Assembly (NCBI GenBank): GCA_030390025.1
Contig: CM059438.1
Span: 65,598,001 to 65,662,000, forward strand
Length of the DNA: 64,000 bases
Source of the DNA: Squalus acanthias
Taxonomy: Eukaryota
Direction of reading: 5' to 3'
Shown here: positions 50,113 through 63,721 of the stretch, piece by piece
How the letters are laid out: every line of letters begins with the position of its first letter
How positions within the stretch are numbered: position 1 is the stretch's first letter
Notes under the pieces: generated by a model
The model's database searches: none
What the model was told of the DNA's origin: nothing
Seen by the model: only the letters and a program-made list of their open reading frames with translations
Made by a program: the position numbers and the translations under genes

Positions 50113-50465
50113 AGAAAGAAAGAAGAAACCACTTCCATTTATTGAGCAAAGTTCTCAGGATATCCCAAACCACTTTACAAACAATTATTTTTCAAGTGCA
50201 AATATGGCAACCAATTGGCTGAGAAATAAATGTTGACCAGATACCAGGAGAAGTCCCTGGTCTTCTTCAAATAGTGCCATGAAATCTTTGATGTCCCTCT
50301 AAACAGTCCGAACTTTGGTTTAACATCTCATCTGAAAGACAGCACCTCTGACAATGCAGTATTTACTCCGTACTCACTGAAGTAGTTCAGGTCCTGGATT
50401 GGAGTTTGAACCCACAACTTGCTGACTCAGAGACAAGAGCGCTGCCAGTGAGCCAAGCTGAGACT
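50113..50465 (-). mobile_element. Decayed SINE (DeuSINE/SacSINE1-like)
   Basis: Homology to 7898-8365. Confidence 0.7.
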
Positions 50466-50989
50466 GATTTGGTTTACAGGGAGCTCCTGAATGTACAGTG
50501 AACTTGGAAGAGGAAAATGGTTATACCTCTGAATGGGAAACTGAGGTCTAAATTGTGAATTTAATTGGAGGCACCAACTGATGTCACTCTACATCAAGAT
50601 AAATGGAGAAGACATTTTGCTTTACTGCTTCAGATGTGTGGTGAGGTTTCTTTTCTATTCAAAAAAATAATATCCTGTGGTAATAAAGAGGATCTCTTGT
50701 GAAGTTGTTCAGGGGTAATCTTGGGTCTGGAGCACAGATGTGATGTTTAGCTGCCAATCTGGCCTGATCCTTTAAGAGCTCTGCTTGTGTAGTCTGCCTG
50801 AGGAAGTAAACAAGACAGGTGAATCCAGGTAAGTGTAATTGCTGTTAAACTGTGAGGGTCAATCAGAGGGCTCCAGGTCAGTGAGTGGCTTTCTTTCTCT
50901 CCATTTAAGATTGTTTTGGATTATCTAACAAACTATAACATAGGGAGTGAGGTGGACCCTCGCTGGGTGCAAGACTACCAGTGGATACT

Positions 50990-51196
50990 ATAGAAAAATA
51001 CTGCGGATGCTGGAAATCCGAAATAACAACAGAAAACGCTGGAAAAACTCAGCAGGCCAGGCAGCATCCGTGGAGAGAGAAACAGAGTTAACGTTTCAGG
51101 TCTGACGAAAGGTCTTCGACCTGAAACGTTAACTCTGTTTCTCTCTCCACGGATGCTGCCTGGCCTGCTGAGTTTTTCCAGCGTTTTCTGTTGTTA
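50990..51196. mobile_element. Penelope-like inverted terminal fragment with a minimal hammerhead-ribozyme core
   Basis: 14-bp TSD TACCAGTGGATACT (50976-50989, 51197-51210); 80-bp perfect inverted arms; CTGACGA-A-AGGTC-TTC-GACCT-GAAA-CGTTA at 51102-51131. Confidence 0.8.
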
Positions 51197-53970
51197 TACC
51201 AGTGGATACTGTTAGATCTCCCGTGGCATTGCTCACAGTGAATCAGAGGAGTTTTCTTTGTGTTGGTTCCTCTTTCTTGACAAAATTCTAGCTTGTTCTG
51301 AAATCATTTAGTAAAATAAATTTGTAAATAATTTGGAAAAAAAAACATTTGTCCATCAGCACTGAGAGAATTATATTGCTGCGTGTCAGAAGATCTTTCA
51401 TGCTGTACCCACTCAGACAACAACATCTAGGGAATTGTAGGGGCAGGTATAATTATTAGCTTCTTCCAGGTGGCATTATGAAGACTCCAAACCTAGGCTT
51501 TTAAGAAAAGCTGAGACCTCAAATAAAAAAAAAGAGGTAATGGAGTGTTAGTCACAAACGTTAATTTTATTGGTGTGGCAGAAACTGGACTCCCAGCTGT
51601 TGAAGGGAAAAATCCTAGGGAGCATTTCAGCATTTTTAAAATCAATACTGCCATTCTGTGGAGGAAGGGGGCTTCCTTGGGACACGGGATTTGGGTGGAC
51701 GGTGGTCAGAGTTCATGGTGGCATAGCAGAAGGGTTGGTGACAGCAAGGAGGAAGGAGCTAGCACTGGGGAAAGGTGAATGACAGCTGGGATGGGTCTCA
51801 GGTAGGCGAATAACACCACCAGCTCCTTGGAGGTCAACCTTGAAGGACGCAGAGGTAAATAAAATGAATAGGTAAGTTTAACCATGACAGAAAGCATTTG
51901 CAGATTACGAAAATAGCATGACAGCAAAAGCTTGACAGAAATAAGTTTATGCAAATAAGCAGGAAAAGAAAATCATGCAGGAAGTGCACACTTACCCAAG
52001 ATGTTTAATGTGTTGTTGAGAGAGAGATAGCTTATATGATTATGTATAATTAAAAAAACAAATTGAATGCTTTGATTGTTCTTAGAATTCTAACACAGGA
52101 AATAATGCACAGCACCTTCCTGGATGTAGCTGTTCACCAGAAACATAAAATACCAATTGAGAATTAAAGTGAATTGTCTCATTTTTGACATTAGCATTCT
52201 TCTGTTCAATGTCATTTGAAGTCTCTGATCTTGCATCTCATTTACAAGTGTGAGTTAAAGTCAGGTCATCTTTTAACAGACGATATCCATTTGCAAAGAG
52301 GCCAAACTGGTTTGTACAGAAACATCGAAACTGACTGGGCCTGTCTGCAGAAATATAGCTGTGCAATAGGGAATGTTCTGTTGAATGCCAATTCAGAGAC
52401 TGTAAACCGTAACTTTTACTAAGTAATGGACAGAACGTATCAGGACGCCACTAACAAAACCTCAGTAAACAGTATGCACCTAGACATAAATAGAAACTTT
52501 CACCCTTGCATAAATTCTACTTTGTTAATTGAGATATATATTTACATATATTTCAACTGCACATCTAAATGTCAGGTATACAAGTTGAGTTTTGCGAGGT
52601 TTTCAATTTAAAGAAAAAAAAAATCAAGGTCTTTTTTGTGCTCATCAAGGTGAAGGACAGGAATGCCAGTGCTGGCAAGTCATACTCAGGGTAAATCTCC
52701 CTCTTCACTGTCCCAAGAAAGTATTTTCATCCCTATCTCAAAATACCGCCCCTTGATACCCACACCAGTCGTCCTCATGGCCTCTGTAAGTGCCTATTTA
52801 AGGTCCACTTGTTCAAAATTATTGCTATGGCTTTTTAAGAACTGGGCCCAACATAATTCCACACCAGACTCTCACAGTTTCCAGAGCATGGTGCCACCGC
52901 TTCATTCTGTACTGGATCCAGGCTCAGCTCCCTGAGGTACAAAGAGAATGCTTTACCCTTTTACAGCACCAGGTTTCTCTTAGAGCTCAGTTTTGAATTG
53001 CATTGCTCATCATTTTGAAGAAAGTGGCATCTGACCTTGCCAAGCTGTCTCTGACAGTACTGTGTTCCTCCTGCCTCGGTTCCATTTGCCATTTGTGACA
53101 AACAGGGAGAAACAGATCTTTGTGCCTGCAAATAGCGTCACAAAGCTGTGCAAACAATTGAAAGCAAATCACGCTGACGGAACTGTCTTGGGAGCCAGCA
53201 GTGCCAACGGGGCAGTTCCACTCAATCCGGCAAGACTGATTCACACATTGTGCCTATATTAAGGCACTGTGACTCAGTCTAAACAAGTTATGATAACTTC
53301 CTCTCTGTAGTCAAGTTAGAAATTGAGGTATTTCAGATGATTTCCCTAGCTGGAGAAGTCTATGGCTGCACTGTGTTGTCATTCCATTATAACTAGATTT
53401 CCTTTAACCTCAATTCATCTCAAACTGCACTGTGTTGAAAATAATTCATCTCATTCCCAGGATCTCCAATACCATTATCCCGTCAAAAGTAAGCCTTAAA
53501 TGTGTGAATACATATAGGCTTCTTATTGCATGACTTGCTGCTTGCATTCCAAATCACACAGGGATTATCTGGCTTGAGAGAGAGAGAGAGATTCCAGTCA
53601 CTGTGCAGTTTCACGTAGATGCACTTGTTTCCAATGTATACTGTGAGCTGGGAGTTAAGCTGCCAGGTATAAGAAAATACAGTCTCAATTAAAGGTATGT
53701 CCCTGAAGTTCAGGGTAAATCTGAATTATTTTAATAAACTCACTGCTGTCACCCATTTTCCATCTGGTGTGTTTATTTTAAAATGTACAGTCCACTCTTA
53801 ATTCAAAGTTGCATAATTCAAATTATCTGATAATTCACTTCTTCAACAGTCAATCCCCCTTTGCTCCATTACTTATGTTGCTAAACTCAAATGATTAGAT
53901 AACTCAATTTGTTGTAGTGCCAAAAATGACATTGTATTATTAGTAGTCTGCATTTTTTGGAAACACATGT

Positions 53971-54809
53971 GGGGGGAATTTTGCCAGCCCTGGGGAGACG
54001 GGTTTGGAGGCAGGACTGCTGGGAAAATGGCAAAAACTGGGAGCGGGTACCGAATCCGCCCCCAACCCGCCTCCATGCCATCTTCACAGGAGGCGGGTCC
54101 CCGACTCGCGCTGGGACCTGACTCCTCGAGGCGGGAAGGGGATTACAGCCACTTAACTGCCTGTTAACAGGTAGTTAACAGGCAGTTAAGAGGCTTATCC
54201 CCATTTTACCAACAGAATTGCGGGCTTCCCGACGTCGGGAAACCCCGCCAGGGTCAGCGAGGCGAGCAGTGGGTCTGTGGGGGTCAGAGGGTTCGAAAAG
54301 TGCACTGTGGAGGTGAGTGATGGGCTGCAAGTGTGGAGAGGTAAGTATGGGAGGTGAGTGAAACGTGTTAGAAAAAGTTTCCTTACCTTTGTTTCTTCCT
54401 GCAGGTTTCAACCGTTGGGGATCCGAAGGCTCCGGCATCTCCATGGCAGAGATGACAGAATGGCTGCTGCATTCTCCGATGCAACAGCCATCTGATTTCT
54501 GCTCAGGAAAGAGGTTTGGTAGAGTCTTGAGTACAAGGACTCACCAAAGAACAGAGATTATCAGTGTTTGACAGCTTCTCGAAGCTGTCAAACGATGACA
54601 ATTCATCTGTTAAAAATCTTTGATAGATGAAACGTCATACGCTGACGTCCTCTGTCACCGGCTTTCCCTTAATTGGTCTGCTAAGCCCGCAGGGCGGGCT
54701 TAACAATGTCAATCAAGGGAAAATAGCGTGGGTTGGCCAGACGTCGTTGGGGGCGGGACTGAAACCCGACAAGCAGCAGTCCCGCCCCCAACGTGATAAA
54801 ATTCCCCCC
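53971..54809. mobile_element. Non-autonomous Harbinger derivative (MITE J; family I/J)
   Basis: TIRs GGGGGGAATTTT / AAAATTCCCCCC; collinear with 8912-9778. Confidence 0.8.
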
Positions 54810-55297
54810 ACAGTTAAAAGTGGGTAAAATTCCAAAATGGCAGTAGTCTTGAGAGGGCTGATGTCTTCACTGTCAATGGTCCTGCTCTCTTGACTAGTCC
54901 AACTACTGAGTGTGAGATGCAATTGGAACATGGAGAAGCGACTGATGCTGTGATGTCTACTGCAGTTGTACCAAACTAACCATCAGTTAAGTAAGCTGAA
55001 TCCCAAGGCCACACTGGTTGCTAATAGCGATGGAAGATTTGTGACAACGTGATTCAAATCCTCCCGTGCCTCAACTTTTGACAGAGAGTCAAAATGGCCT
55101 CCTTGCCGCGCCTGTGTTGCATGTAGATTTGTTTTTGCAAGCAAGCAAGGATGTTAATCGAAACAAAGCAAATCCCGTCGTTACAGTTTCTCAAAAGAAG
55201 GATATGTATGCTTTATATGTGGTGACTGTTTCATTAGGGCCAAGTGAAACCCAGAACCAGAAATGTCAGTAAACTTGATTTTGTGGTGCAAATTTAC

Positions 55298-55411
55298 CTG
55301 CATAGAATGCCCGTGGCACCAACCTCTGTGGCCACCATGAGCAATGACTGTTAAAATCAGGTGTAGACCAAATGCGAGTGTACAATTCAGTTGGAAGCAG
55401 AGACCATAAAA
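55298..55411 (-). CDS. Candidate upstream exon of the host gene (VLWSLLPTELYTRIWSTPDFNSHCSWWPQRLVPRAFYAG; a second frame is also open)
   Basis: Acceptor TCTCTATTTTATTGCAG, donor CAG|GTAAAT; 114 nt; linkage to the 3' exons is not established. Confidence 0.5.
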
Positions 55412-57502
55412 CTGCAATAAAATAGAGACATATTGCTTTCTGCAGATCATTAAGCATCAGACATATCTCATCAGTCAAGTACCTAGGAGCACAGTAACAC
55501 TGTTCTGCTGTTAAACTTGTTCTGACTTCCAAAGAATCTTCAATAAATGCTTGATATACAGATAATATAACTGACTCTGATTGTGTATCATAGAAAATAA
55601 ACTTAACCTGACTGTAGTCTGCACAAGGCAATTTATTCAGCGCTAGATGGCTGGCAGTATAATTGGCTTCAAATGCGAGCACTGTAATAATTTGTCCCAT
55701 GCGGATGCACATTTAGCAGGGTTGCAATTGTCATGGACTCTTCCCTTCAAATAACGACTATTTCAATTAGAAATAATTGTCGCCATATCAGGAGGTCAGA
55801 ACCATTTTAAAAGCACGGCTTAAAGCTGCCTGTTTCATTTGTTGCCCAATTTCTGCTTCACTCTGGTATTAGGTCCACCAGATTGCTCTTCAAGTCTTCC
55901 GGACAGTGAATTTCGGCAGGTTAATTATTGGGTGGTGGTGGGGGGGGGCATCACATCCGGACCCAATTCTATCCTCATGCAATGTGTTCACACCCATACA
56001 TTTTCCAGCTGAGGTGACAACAAAAGAACCCCTTTCTTTCTCCTCCTGTGTCCCCTCCCAATCCCAGTTCAAAATCTCTGAGATCGATTGCAGTGCCACC
56101 ACCACTTCTCAACACAGACCGACCCTGGAAACTTGCTGGACACTTTTCTGTCAATGATAAGCGGTTCTGGGTCTGTATCAATGTAGGAAGTGATATTTTA
56201 ACTCGGGGTCCCAATCTAATACGTGAGTGCACGAAAGGCAAGTGGTGTGAAGCCTCCTTCGAGAGGCCATCTCTCGTTACTCACAGCATAACTCCAGTCC
56301 AGTGCAAAGTCACATTTAAAAAGTGCCCATGCGGTCCAAAATTACAATCTGTACGTGACAATTGTTTTGGGTCTCAGCTGTTCTTAGACGCGCAAAAACA
56401 GAATGCATCGTTGTGGTTTCACCTGGGAGATGGGGGATAGGACAGTGGTTGGCATCTGGCAAGGATGACTCTCGCAGCTGAACTGGCATTAGAATAACTG
56501 AGGAACCTGCAGCTAGTTCAGCCATGCGCCCCCTCCCAATTGAAAAGAGGACAGGTGAATGTGAGCGCACTCCAGCGCCACCTGACCCCCGAAAAATACA
56601 TTTCTCTTGACTACCAGGATCACTTCACTCAGTAGGCCCTCAAAATTGTATCGGGTTCCTATGTAATGAGGCGCCCACCTGATTTAGGCCAGCAGAGGGC
56701 CTGAGTTATAATGGCGGTGGAGCGGGAACGGACCGTTAAGTTGACCGCTTTGATTTTAACTCCAAACCAGTGGGCTTAGGGAGTTGAAACCACACCTTTA
56801 GATACAGCGAGGCTCCAGAGATCAGAATCATCTGAAATGAAGAATACCCAAAGGCTTTTAAAATAAAAACAAACACCCCCAAAAATCTCAACAGCAGGTT
56901 CCACCATTATTAATATTAATATGTGAGGAATCATCCGTGCAGTTCGATGTGGGAAACCACAGATAATGGACACAGCAGGCACCTAGAGCCTGGTTAGATG
57001 CTCGATATAAATTATTAAACAGGTATCTGCTGGTTTTGTTTTGATTATGCTGGATAGGGCCAGGTTGCTGCATCCAATTTGAGTTGGGTGAGACCTCATT
57101 GTATTGAAAAATAAGAAGTCCAGTCAGACACAGGGACAGGATTGTGAATTCCGTCGGGTTCTGTTTGATCTTATGGACTGCTGGCTTTTTTTTTAATTGA
57201 TTCGCTAAAAAGATCTTCTGCTCAGAGAATATATTATATCGAATGTTGCAAGTGAAACAAAGTTGAGACAAACAAAACCTATTGGTCGTGGATTCTGTTT
57301 GATTTTGGCACCCATCGGGCATGCAGGATTATTCTTTGTTGTTTCCTTCTTTCTTTCTCTCTTTATTTATCCCCTTTCACTCCCTCGGGACCCATTCTGG
57401 CCTGCGGATCATTTCGCTGTTGCAAATACAGACGATAATGCAATCCATTGTCAGCTGCTGTTTACCATTATTTTAGACTAATTATGACAGAAAATTAAAG
57501 AG

Positions 57503-57996
57503 TCATAGAATCATAGAATGATACAGCACAGAAGGAGACCATTCGGCCCATTGTGCCTGTGTCGGCTCTTTGAAAGAGCTATCTGATTAGTCCCACTCCT
57601 CTGCCCTTTCCCCATAGCCGTGCAAATTTTTCCCCTTCAAGTAATTATCCAATTCCCTTTTGAAAGTTATTATTGAATTTGCCTCCACCTCCCTTTCAGG
57701 CAGTGCATTCCAGATCATAACAACTCGCTGTGTAAAAAAATTCTCCTCATCTCCCCTCTGCTTCTTTTGCCAATTACCCTAAATCTGTATCCTTCGGTTA
57801 CTGACCCTTCTGCCACTGGAAACATTTACTCCTCATTGACTCTATCACAACCCTTCATGATTTTGAGCACCTCTATTAAATCTTCCCTTCACCTTCTCTG
57901 CTCTAAGGAGAACAACCCCAGCTTCTAGTCTCTCCACGCAACTGAAGTCCACATCCCTGATACCATTCTAGTAATTCTCCACTGCACCCTCTCTAA
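57503..57996 (-). mobile_element. CR1 LINE 3' fragment
   Basis: (TCATAGAA)n tail and homology to ~40608-40880. Confidence 0.85.
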
Positions 57997-58245
57997 CAGT
58001 CAATCTAAAATAATGATGTCCACTTAATAAACAATGGCCGAAATTTTCACTACCTGGGCGGGTCGGGTGCGGGCGATCGGCGTGGCGGGTCGAAACCCCT
58101 TTCTTCTTATCATCCCGCTCCGCAGAGCCACTTCCTGTTAATGGTGCCTATTAAGGCAGTCCTGCACGTTTCCCGGCCCCATTAAATGATGTGGGTCTGA
58201 TGATGTCATCGATGACTCATTTCCAGCAGGGATATTTAAAGCAGC

Positions 58246-58378
58246 AATACAAAAGCAAAATACTGCGGATGCTGGAAATCTGAAATAAAAACAGAAAATG
58301 CTGGAAATACTCAGCAGGCCAGGCAGCATCTGTAGAGAGAGAAACAGAGTTAACGTTTCAGGTCGATGACCCTTCGTC
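58246..58378 (-). mobile_element. Penelope-like terminal fragment with a hammerhead motif, nested in Harbinger G
   Basis: Reverse complement reads GACGAAGGGTCATCGACCTGAAACGTTAAC...; absent at the homologous site of copy F (AAAGCAGC|CTTGG, ~33946-33960); no TSD. Confidence 0.8.
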
Positions 58379-58462
58379 CTTGGCTACATTGCATTTGAAG
58401 GTTCATCTAGGATTGTGTAGGCAGGACATATCACCATCTGGTTATTGCTCAGCCTTGCAGAG

Positions 58463-60326
58463 ATGGCTTCACACAGACAGAGGGCTGCACCCAGGTTCTC
58501 CGATGACTCCCTACATATGCTTGTGGAGGGAGTCAGAGCACGCAGGGAGGTCCTCTTCCCTGCTGATGGGTGGAAGATACATCCCCAGGAAACAAAAGGA
58601 GCATGGCTCCAAATTGCAGAGGAGGTCAACAGCAGGGATGTGGAGGACCTGGGTGCAGTGCCGGAAGCGCTTCAATGATCTGATGCGATCAGGAGATCAG
58701 CAAAGCCACACTCAACTTCATCCTGCTGTGTCTGTCATCACTTCCCCATCACTCTGACTTCCTAAGCCTACTCCTGCACATCATTCCTCACACCAACATA
58801 CCTTGCACATCCACCCATCCCTCTCTCTCTAACTACATACTCACATCCCCATCTGACTAACCACCCCTCACACTCACCCTCATCCTAATGCAATCATACC
58901 AACTAACACCACACAAGGAGGCCATTTGACATTGGCACTTCGGTATTGATACCACACTCCCTCATAGTCACCCTCTAAAGATGTCTCCCACACATTCCTT
59001 ACATTCATGCCATCACTCTCACTCAAACATCTCTTCTTTCCCTACTTGCAGGAGAAGAGAGCCCACAATAACAGGGAGAGGGAGAGAACCGGAGGTGGCC
59101 CTCCATCATTCGCCTCTTTGACAGCAGCAGAGGAGGTGGCCCTGGAGGTCTCAGGGGTTGCGGAGCAGCTGGCAGTGGGAGATGGAGAGAGGGGGACCTC
59201 TTAGCAACCTGTTGACAGAATTACATCTAATACGGCCACATGGCATAAAGCAGTCACTCATATGGAGACTGATGTCAGCAGCCAGTGAATGTTTATCATG
59301 TGCATAATGGTATCGTTAACCATTCTTAATAGAACATTTCTAAATCAACTCTTTACTCTCTCACAGGCCCATCACTGTCCAGCCAGAGGAGGAAGACGAC
59401 TCCTCTGAGGGTGCAGCATCATCAGACCTATGCGCACCCATCACCAGCGCAGATACACACACCTCGGTGGGTCCTGTGCGAGATAGAGTAGTGTTGTCAC
59501 CTGGTGTCTCACAAGTCACAAGTGAGCAAGAGGAAATGGTGGAGAGAGTTACAGCAGTGGAGACTCCTCGCTGGAGGGCGCAGGATGCTCCCAGCTCTGC
59601 TCAGCTGCAGCAGACACTGAGCCTCGGGGGCCATCCAGAAAGAGGGCGATCCTGGAGGTGCAGGAAGAAGTGCAGGAGGCTCTGACAGGTTTAGCAGCTC
59701 TGATGTCTGCAAATGTGCAGAGAATGGAGGAGTCCATCTCCAACAATAGACACCATCATGTCACAGGCAATGGGGATGATATACTCTTCCATGGAAAGGA
59801 TGGCCACCTGCAAGGAGCAGCTGATGTGCCACTCACAGGAGCACAAGCTATCTATGGAGAACAGATGGCAGAGGCTCATAGACCTCCTCTGTAGGAGGGA
59901 TGTCAACGTAGACTTGGGTCCTCAGGGCCCCACTGCTGTGCAGCAAGGTGCTCTCCAGCTCCTTGCTAGCAGGGAGTGTGGGTGGCCCACGAGAAGGTTA
60001 ATGGTGAGAGGGGGCATGGAAGTGGGGGCTCCTCTCAAAGCCCTCACACTTCTCCCCCGTTGCCTCCCCCTCAGTCAGTGCCCCAGATACCTCCTGGGAT
60101 AGCGATGGCCGAGTCTACCCCTGCACAGTTGCAGGAGGATCAGACATTGGCGGGGCCATCACTGGCTCAAAAACCCAGAGGACGTCCGCCAAAAGTGTCT
60201 ACGCAGTCGCAGCAGGGAAGTGAGCAGCCTGCCACTACCTCTGCTGAAGCCACAGGGCTGCACCACGTAGAAACATGTGTAAACAAAAAAGGACACAGAA
60301 GTAGTTGCACAAGCGTAAGCAAATAG
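58463..60326 (+). pseudogene. Harbinger Myb/SANT accessory gene (decayed)
   Basis: MASHRQRAAPRFSDDSL..W.QIAEEVNS; EKRAHNNRERERTGGGPP; KPRGRPPK. Confidence 0.85.
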
Positions 60327-60602
60327 GTGTTTAAAGAAGTGTTTTTGTTCAGGTTCCGTTGCTGTTATGTCACATATAAAACTATTTATTTTCACCACTT
60401 TCCGGTCATGCCCATTTTTGTCTGCTACTTTGGAAGTGGCTTAGTGAGTTGCAGTGAATGGTGAGACATAACGGTACCTCCAGCAAAGGTGGTCAGTGTG
60501 AAAGGAATGGCTTGATCATTGTCGGGATACTTTACGGTGTTTCTGTGGGGTGGTTCCAACCTGGCGCAACATGTGGCAGCCATATGGGTGTACTGTGTAA
60601 AG

Positions 60603-61836
60603 TTAAGTAAATCTGGCCATGGTGAGGCCCTCCCTGGCCTCCTGGACAGCAATGTGCTCGGGTGCTGGTGGGATCTGGGCTGCAGTTTCCTCCAGCTCCT
60701 GCTCTTCCTCGTCTTCCAGCTGATGCTCCTCCTCCTCTGAAGAGGCTGTGCGCTCAGTGCCTTGCTCCTCATGCAGCGCTAATCCCTGCTGCTACACTAT
60801 GTTGTGCAAGGCGCAGCAGACCACAATGATTCTGGAGACCCTGGCTAGTGTGTACTGAAGGGCTCCTCCAGATCTGTCAAGGCATCTGAAGCGCATTTTG
60901 AGCATGCCTATTGTCTGCTCTATGACACATCTGGTGGAAATGTGGCTTTCATTATATCTCTCCTGGGCCTCAGTACTTGGTTTCTTCAAGGGTGTCATGA
61001 GCCACATCTTCAGTGGATAGTCCTTGTCTCCAAGCAGCCAGCTGGCAAGTCTGTTTGGAGGAGCAAAGAGCTGAGGGAGGGTGGACTGGTGAAGGACGAA
61101 AGAGTTATGACTGCTGCCAGGGAATTTGGCGCACACATGCATGATGATCTTCCTATGATTGCAGATCAGCTGCACATTGAGGGAGTGGAAGCCCTTGCAG
61201 TTGACAAAGACTCCTGGTTTATGATGCAATGCCCTGATAGCCACATGTGAGCAGTCGATGATGCCCTGCACCCATGGGAAGCCAGCCAGAGCGGCAAAGC
61301 CGACGCCCGTTCAGCAGCACTGGCTTCATCAGTGGCAACGTTGATATAATTGGCTGACTTGTCAAAGAGGGCATCGGTGACCTATGTAATGCATCTGTGG
61401 GCGGCCAACTGCCAGATGCCACAAATGTCTACTGCAGATCTCTGGAAAGAGGCTGAGGCAAAGAAGTTGAGGACACTGGTGACTTTGACAGCCATTGGTA
61501 AGACGTGTCCACCTGCTCCTCTGGGCTGCAGGTCTTGCTCCAGCAATGTGCAAATGTCTGCAACGACCTGGCGCGATAGCCTGAGCCTCCTTTGGCACTG
61601 CTGCTCAGTCATGTTGAGGAAGCTCCTCCTTTGCCTGTATACCCTGTGTTGGGGTATCGCCTCTGGCGCAGTGCAGCCCCACGCTGAGGCCCTCTGTCCT
61701 GCGCAGCATCAGGTGGTTGAGGAGAAGGTTGGTGGTGTTGCTGTTGGTGCTGCTGGTGTGCCTGGTGCTGCTGGTGTTGAGGTTCATTGTGGTGCGATTC
61801 TGACAACCAAGTTGAGACAGTATAAACGGCGCCCAT
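60603..61836 (-). pseudogene. Harbinger transposase (frameshifted)
   Basis: [34 protein letters not shown]. Confidence 0.9.
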
Positions 61837-63182
61837 GCTGATGGAATAGATGGCAGATCACGTAGCGGTGAGAGAAGCAATCTGTCAATCGAGTAATAGG
61901 TTGTCCAATGAGGTGAGACTGGATGGCGACTTTGCTGGAAACACTTAAAACCTGTAGAAAGCTAAATGTGTGCTGGGAATGCAGCCAGCAACAGCTTCTG
62001 CCTGAGGAAAGTGTTTAGCTGTGAGGTGGGAGCTTTTATACTACATTTCATGCTGTCATCTAATCAGCTGGAGCAATGGCCACTCAACTCCCGCCTCGGG
62101 CTGACAGACGTGGTTCCCGAGCTGTGTGAATCCCGTGGGCAGCCAGGGAAATTTGAAAGGTAGGCTGGAAAAGGGGCTTTAAGTGTCTGACAACAAGGTG
62201 GTAATGATTTGAATTAGGTCGCCCGCCTCTGCCAGACGGGTCGTTGCCGCACCAGCAAACGCGCCCGAGGGAAAGGCGCGTGGGGGCGGGATAATGGCGG
62301 GTTCCCGACCCGCTCCAACTTATTTCAAATTTCCCACCCGACCCGCCTCCGATCGTGTCTCTTTTTTCTAATTGGACTTATTCAATATTAAAAACATTTA
62401 CAACATCCTGATCATTCTATTGTACCATACAATCACCTTTCACCAGTTCCCAGCAACAGAAACAAAGTCATGACTAAAACATAATCACCCTCACCATCAT
62501 TCCTTCACTCTGCTCAGTCGTTCCTCCACCACTTATTAGCATCAGAAACTAAAGTTTAATTTGTCTCCCATGACATATATTAATCTATTGCACTTTAAAA
62601 ACTGATCAAAAAATGCCATCCATAAATTCCTTTCTGAATAAATCATCCACAGAGCCATACACAATCTTTTAGCCTATATTTAAAATATTCTTTTCGGTTT
62701 ATTCTCCTCCCCTTATAAGACAGAGCTTTCCTTCATTGCACATTCATGAATGTAGCCACACTGAACATTAAATTAATTGCCGCTCCGCTAGACTCGGGCA
62801 GACTCTCCTGCAATCCCCATCCAAAATTGAGCCTAGTCATGTCTCTGAACCACAAGGCTACCACACCCTCACAACAAATGTTGCAGACTCAAAATTTATA
62901 ACTAACAAAATATTTAACCAAAATGTTAAAGGGAGGTACATATACCAAGTTGTTTAAATTTAAAAAAAAATTCCATTGGAGTTTACAAATCAAGACAATT
63001 TGGAATTGTACCATTTAACTATTCACTTCTATATTTTTTTAATAAGAGAAATTTCAAACTGAATAGTTTTGACACAATCTACCAGTCTATATTTTTAATC
63101 TTAGAGCCACAGGTTTGAGCAGGTTCATTTCAGTGGCGTTTGTGACACATTTTGTATAACACTTGACCGTAGAGAGTCACAC

Positions 63183-63281
63183 CTTGTGAGGAACCATTGG
63201 AGAGGAAATCACGCGCAGACTGTTGGGGACCAACCGATATCTCGTCACGTTGTTTAGTTCCTGAACGTTTCCTCTGCCAAG
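63183..63281 (-). CDS. Weak candidate exon of the host gene (LGRGNVQELNNVTRYRLVPNSLRVISSPMVPHK or an alternative frame)
   Basis: Strong acceptor CCTTCTGCTTCTTTTAGTAG, donor AAG|GTGTGA; 99 nt; frame ambiguous. Confidence 0.3.
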
Positions 63282-63721
63282 CTACTAAAAGAAGCAGAAG
63301 GATATTACTGACAATCCAGTTGCAGCTTAGATGTTGCAAAAACTTGCTGAATTTGAAATAAATCTGACAGGAAGATTAATCACTGCTAAAAAAGACAATC
63401 TTCTTCGCACAAAGGTGATAGTTTTATATTTCATCGCCGGGCGGATAATGGACGATAGCGAATCGGCAGCCCATTTCACACCTCGCCCAATTTTCCCCTC
63501 CATAATGGAAAAGTAAAACTGAGCGAGGTGTAAAACGAGTGGCCGATTTGCTATCGCCTGTTTTTTATCCGGCGATAACATTTATAATTACCCCCCAAGG
63601 AGTGATGAACTCATGGAATATGCTTCAGGAAAATGTGGAGAATATCCACAGAACATTTGAGAGACAGATGTTTTCTAAGGTGATGAGGGAGGAGGACTGT
63701 AGGTTCTTTCTGAATTAATCT

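Larger units (their letters stand above)
58036..62352. mobile_element. Harbinger copy G (near full length; right TIR missing)
   Basis: Left TIR GGCCGAAATTTTC; collinear with copy F; the right end stops roughly 35 bp short of the F-type TIR. Confidence 0.88.

Noticed and set aside
56888..57322. 144-aa ORF with a hydrophobic stretch as a type II membrane-protein first exon
   Set aside because: Weak donor (G|GTGCCT), no good acceptor and no recognisable family; unsupported
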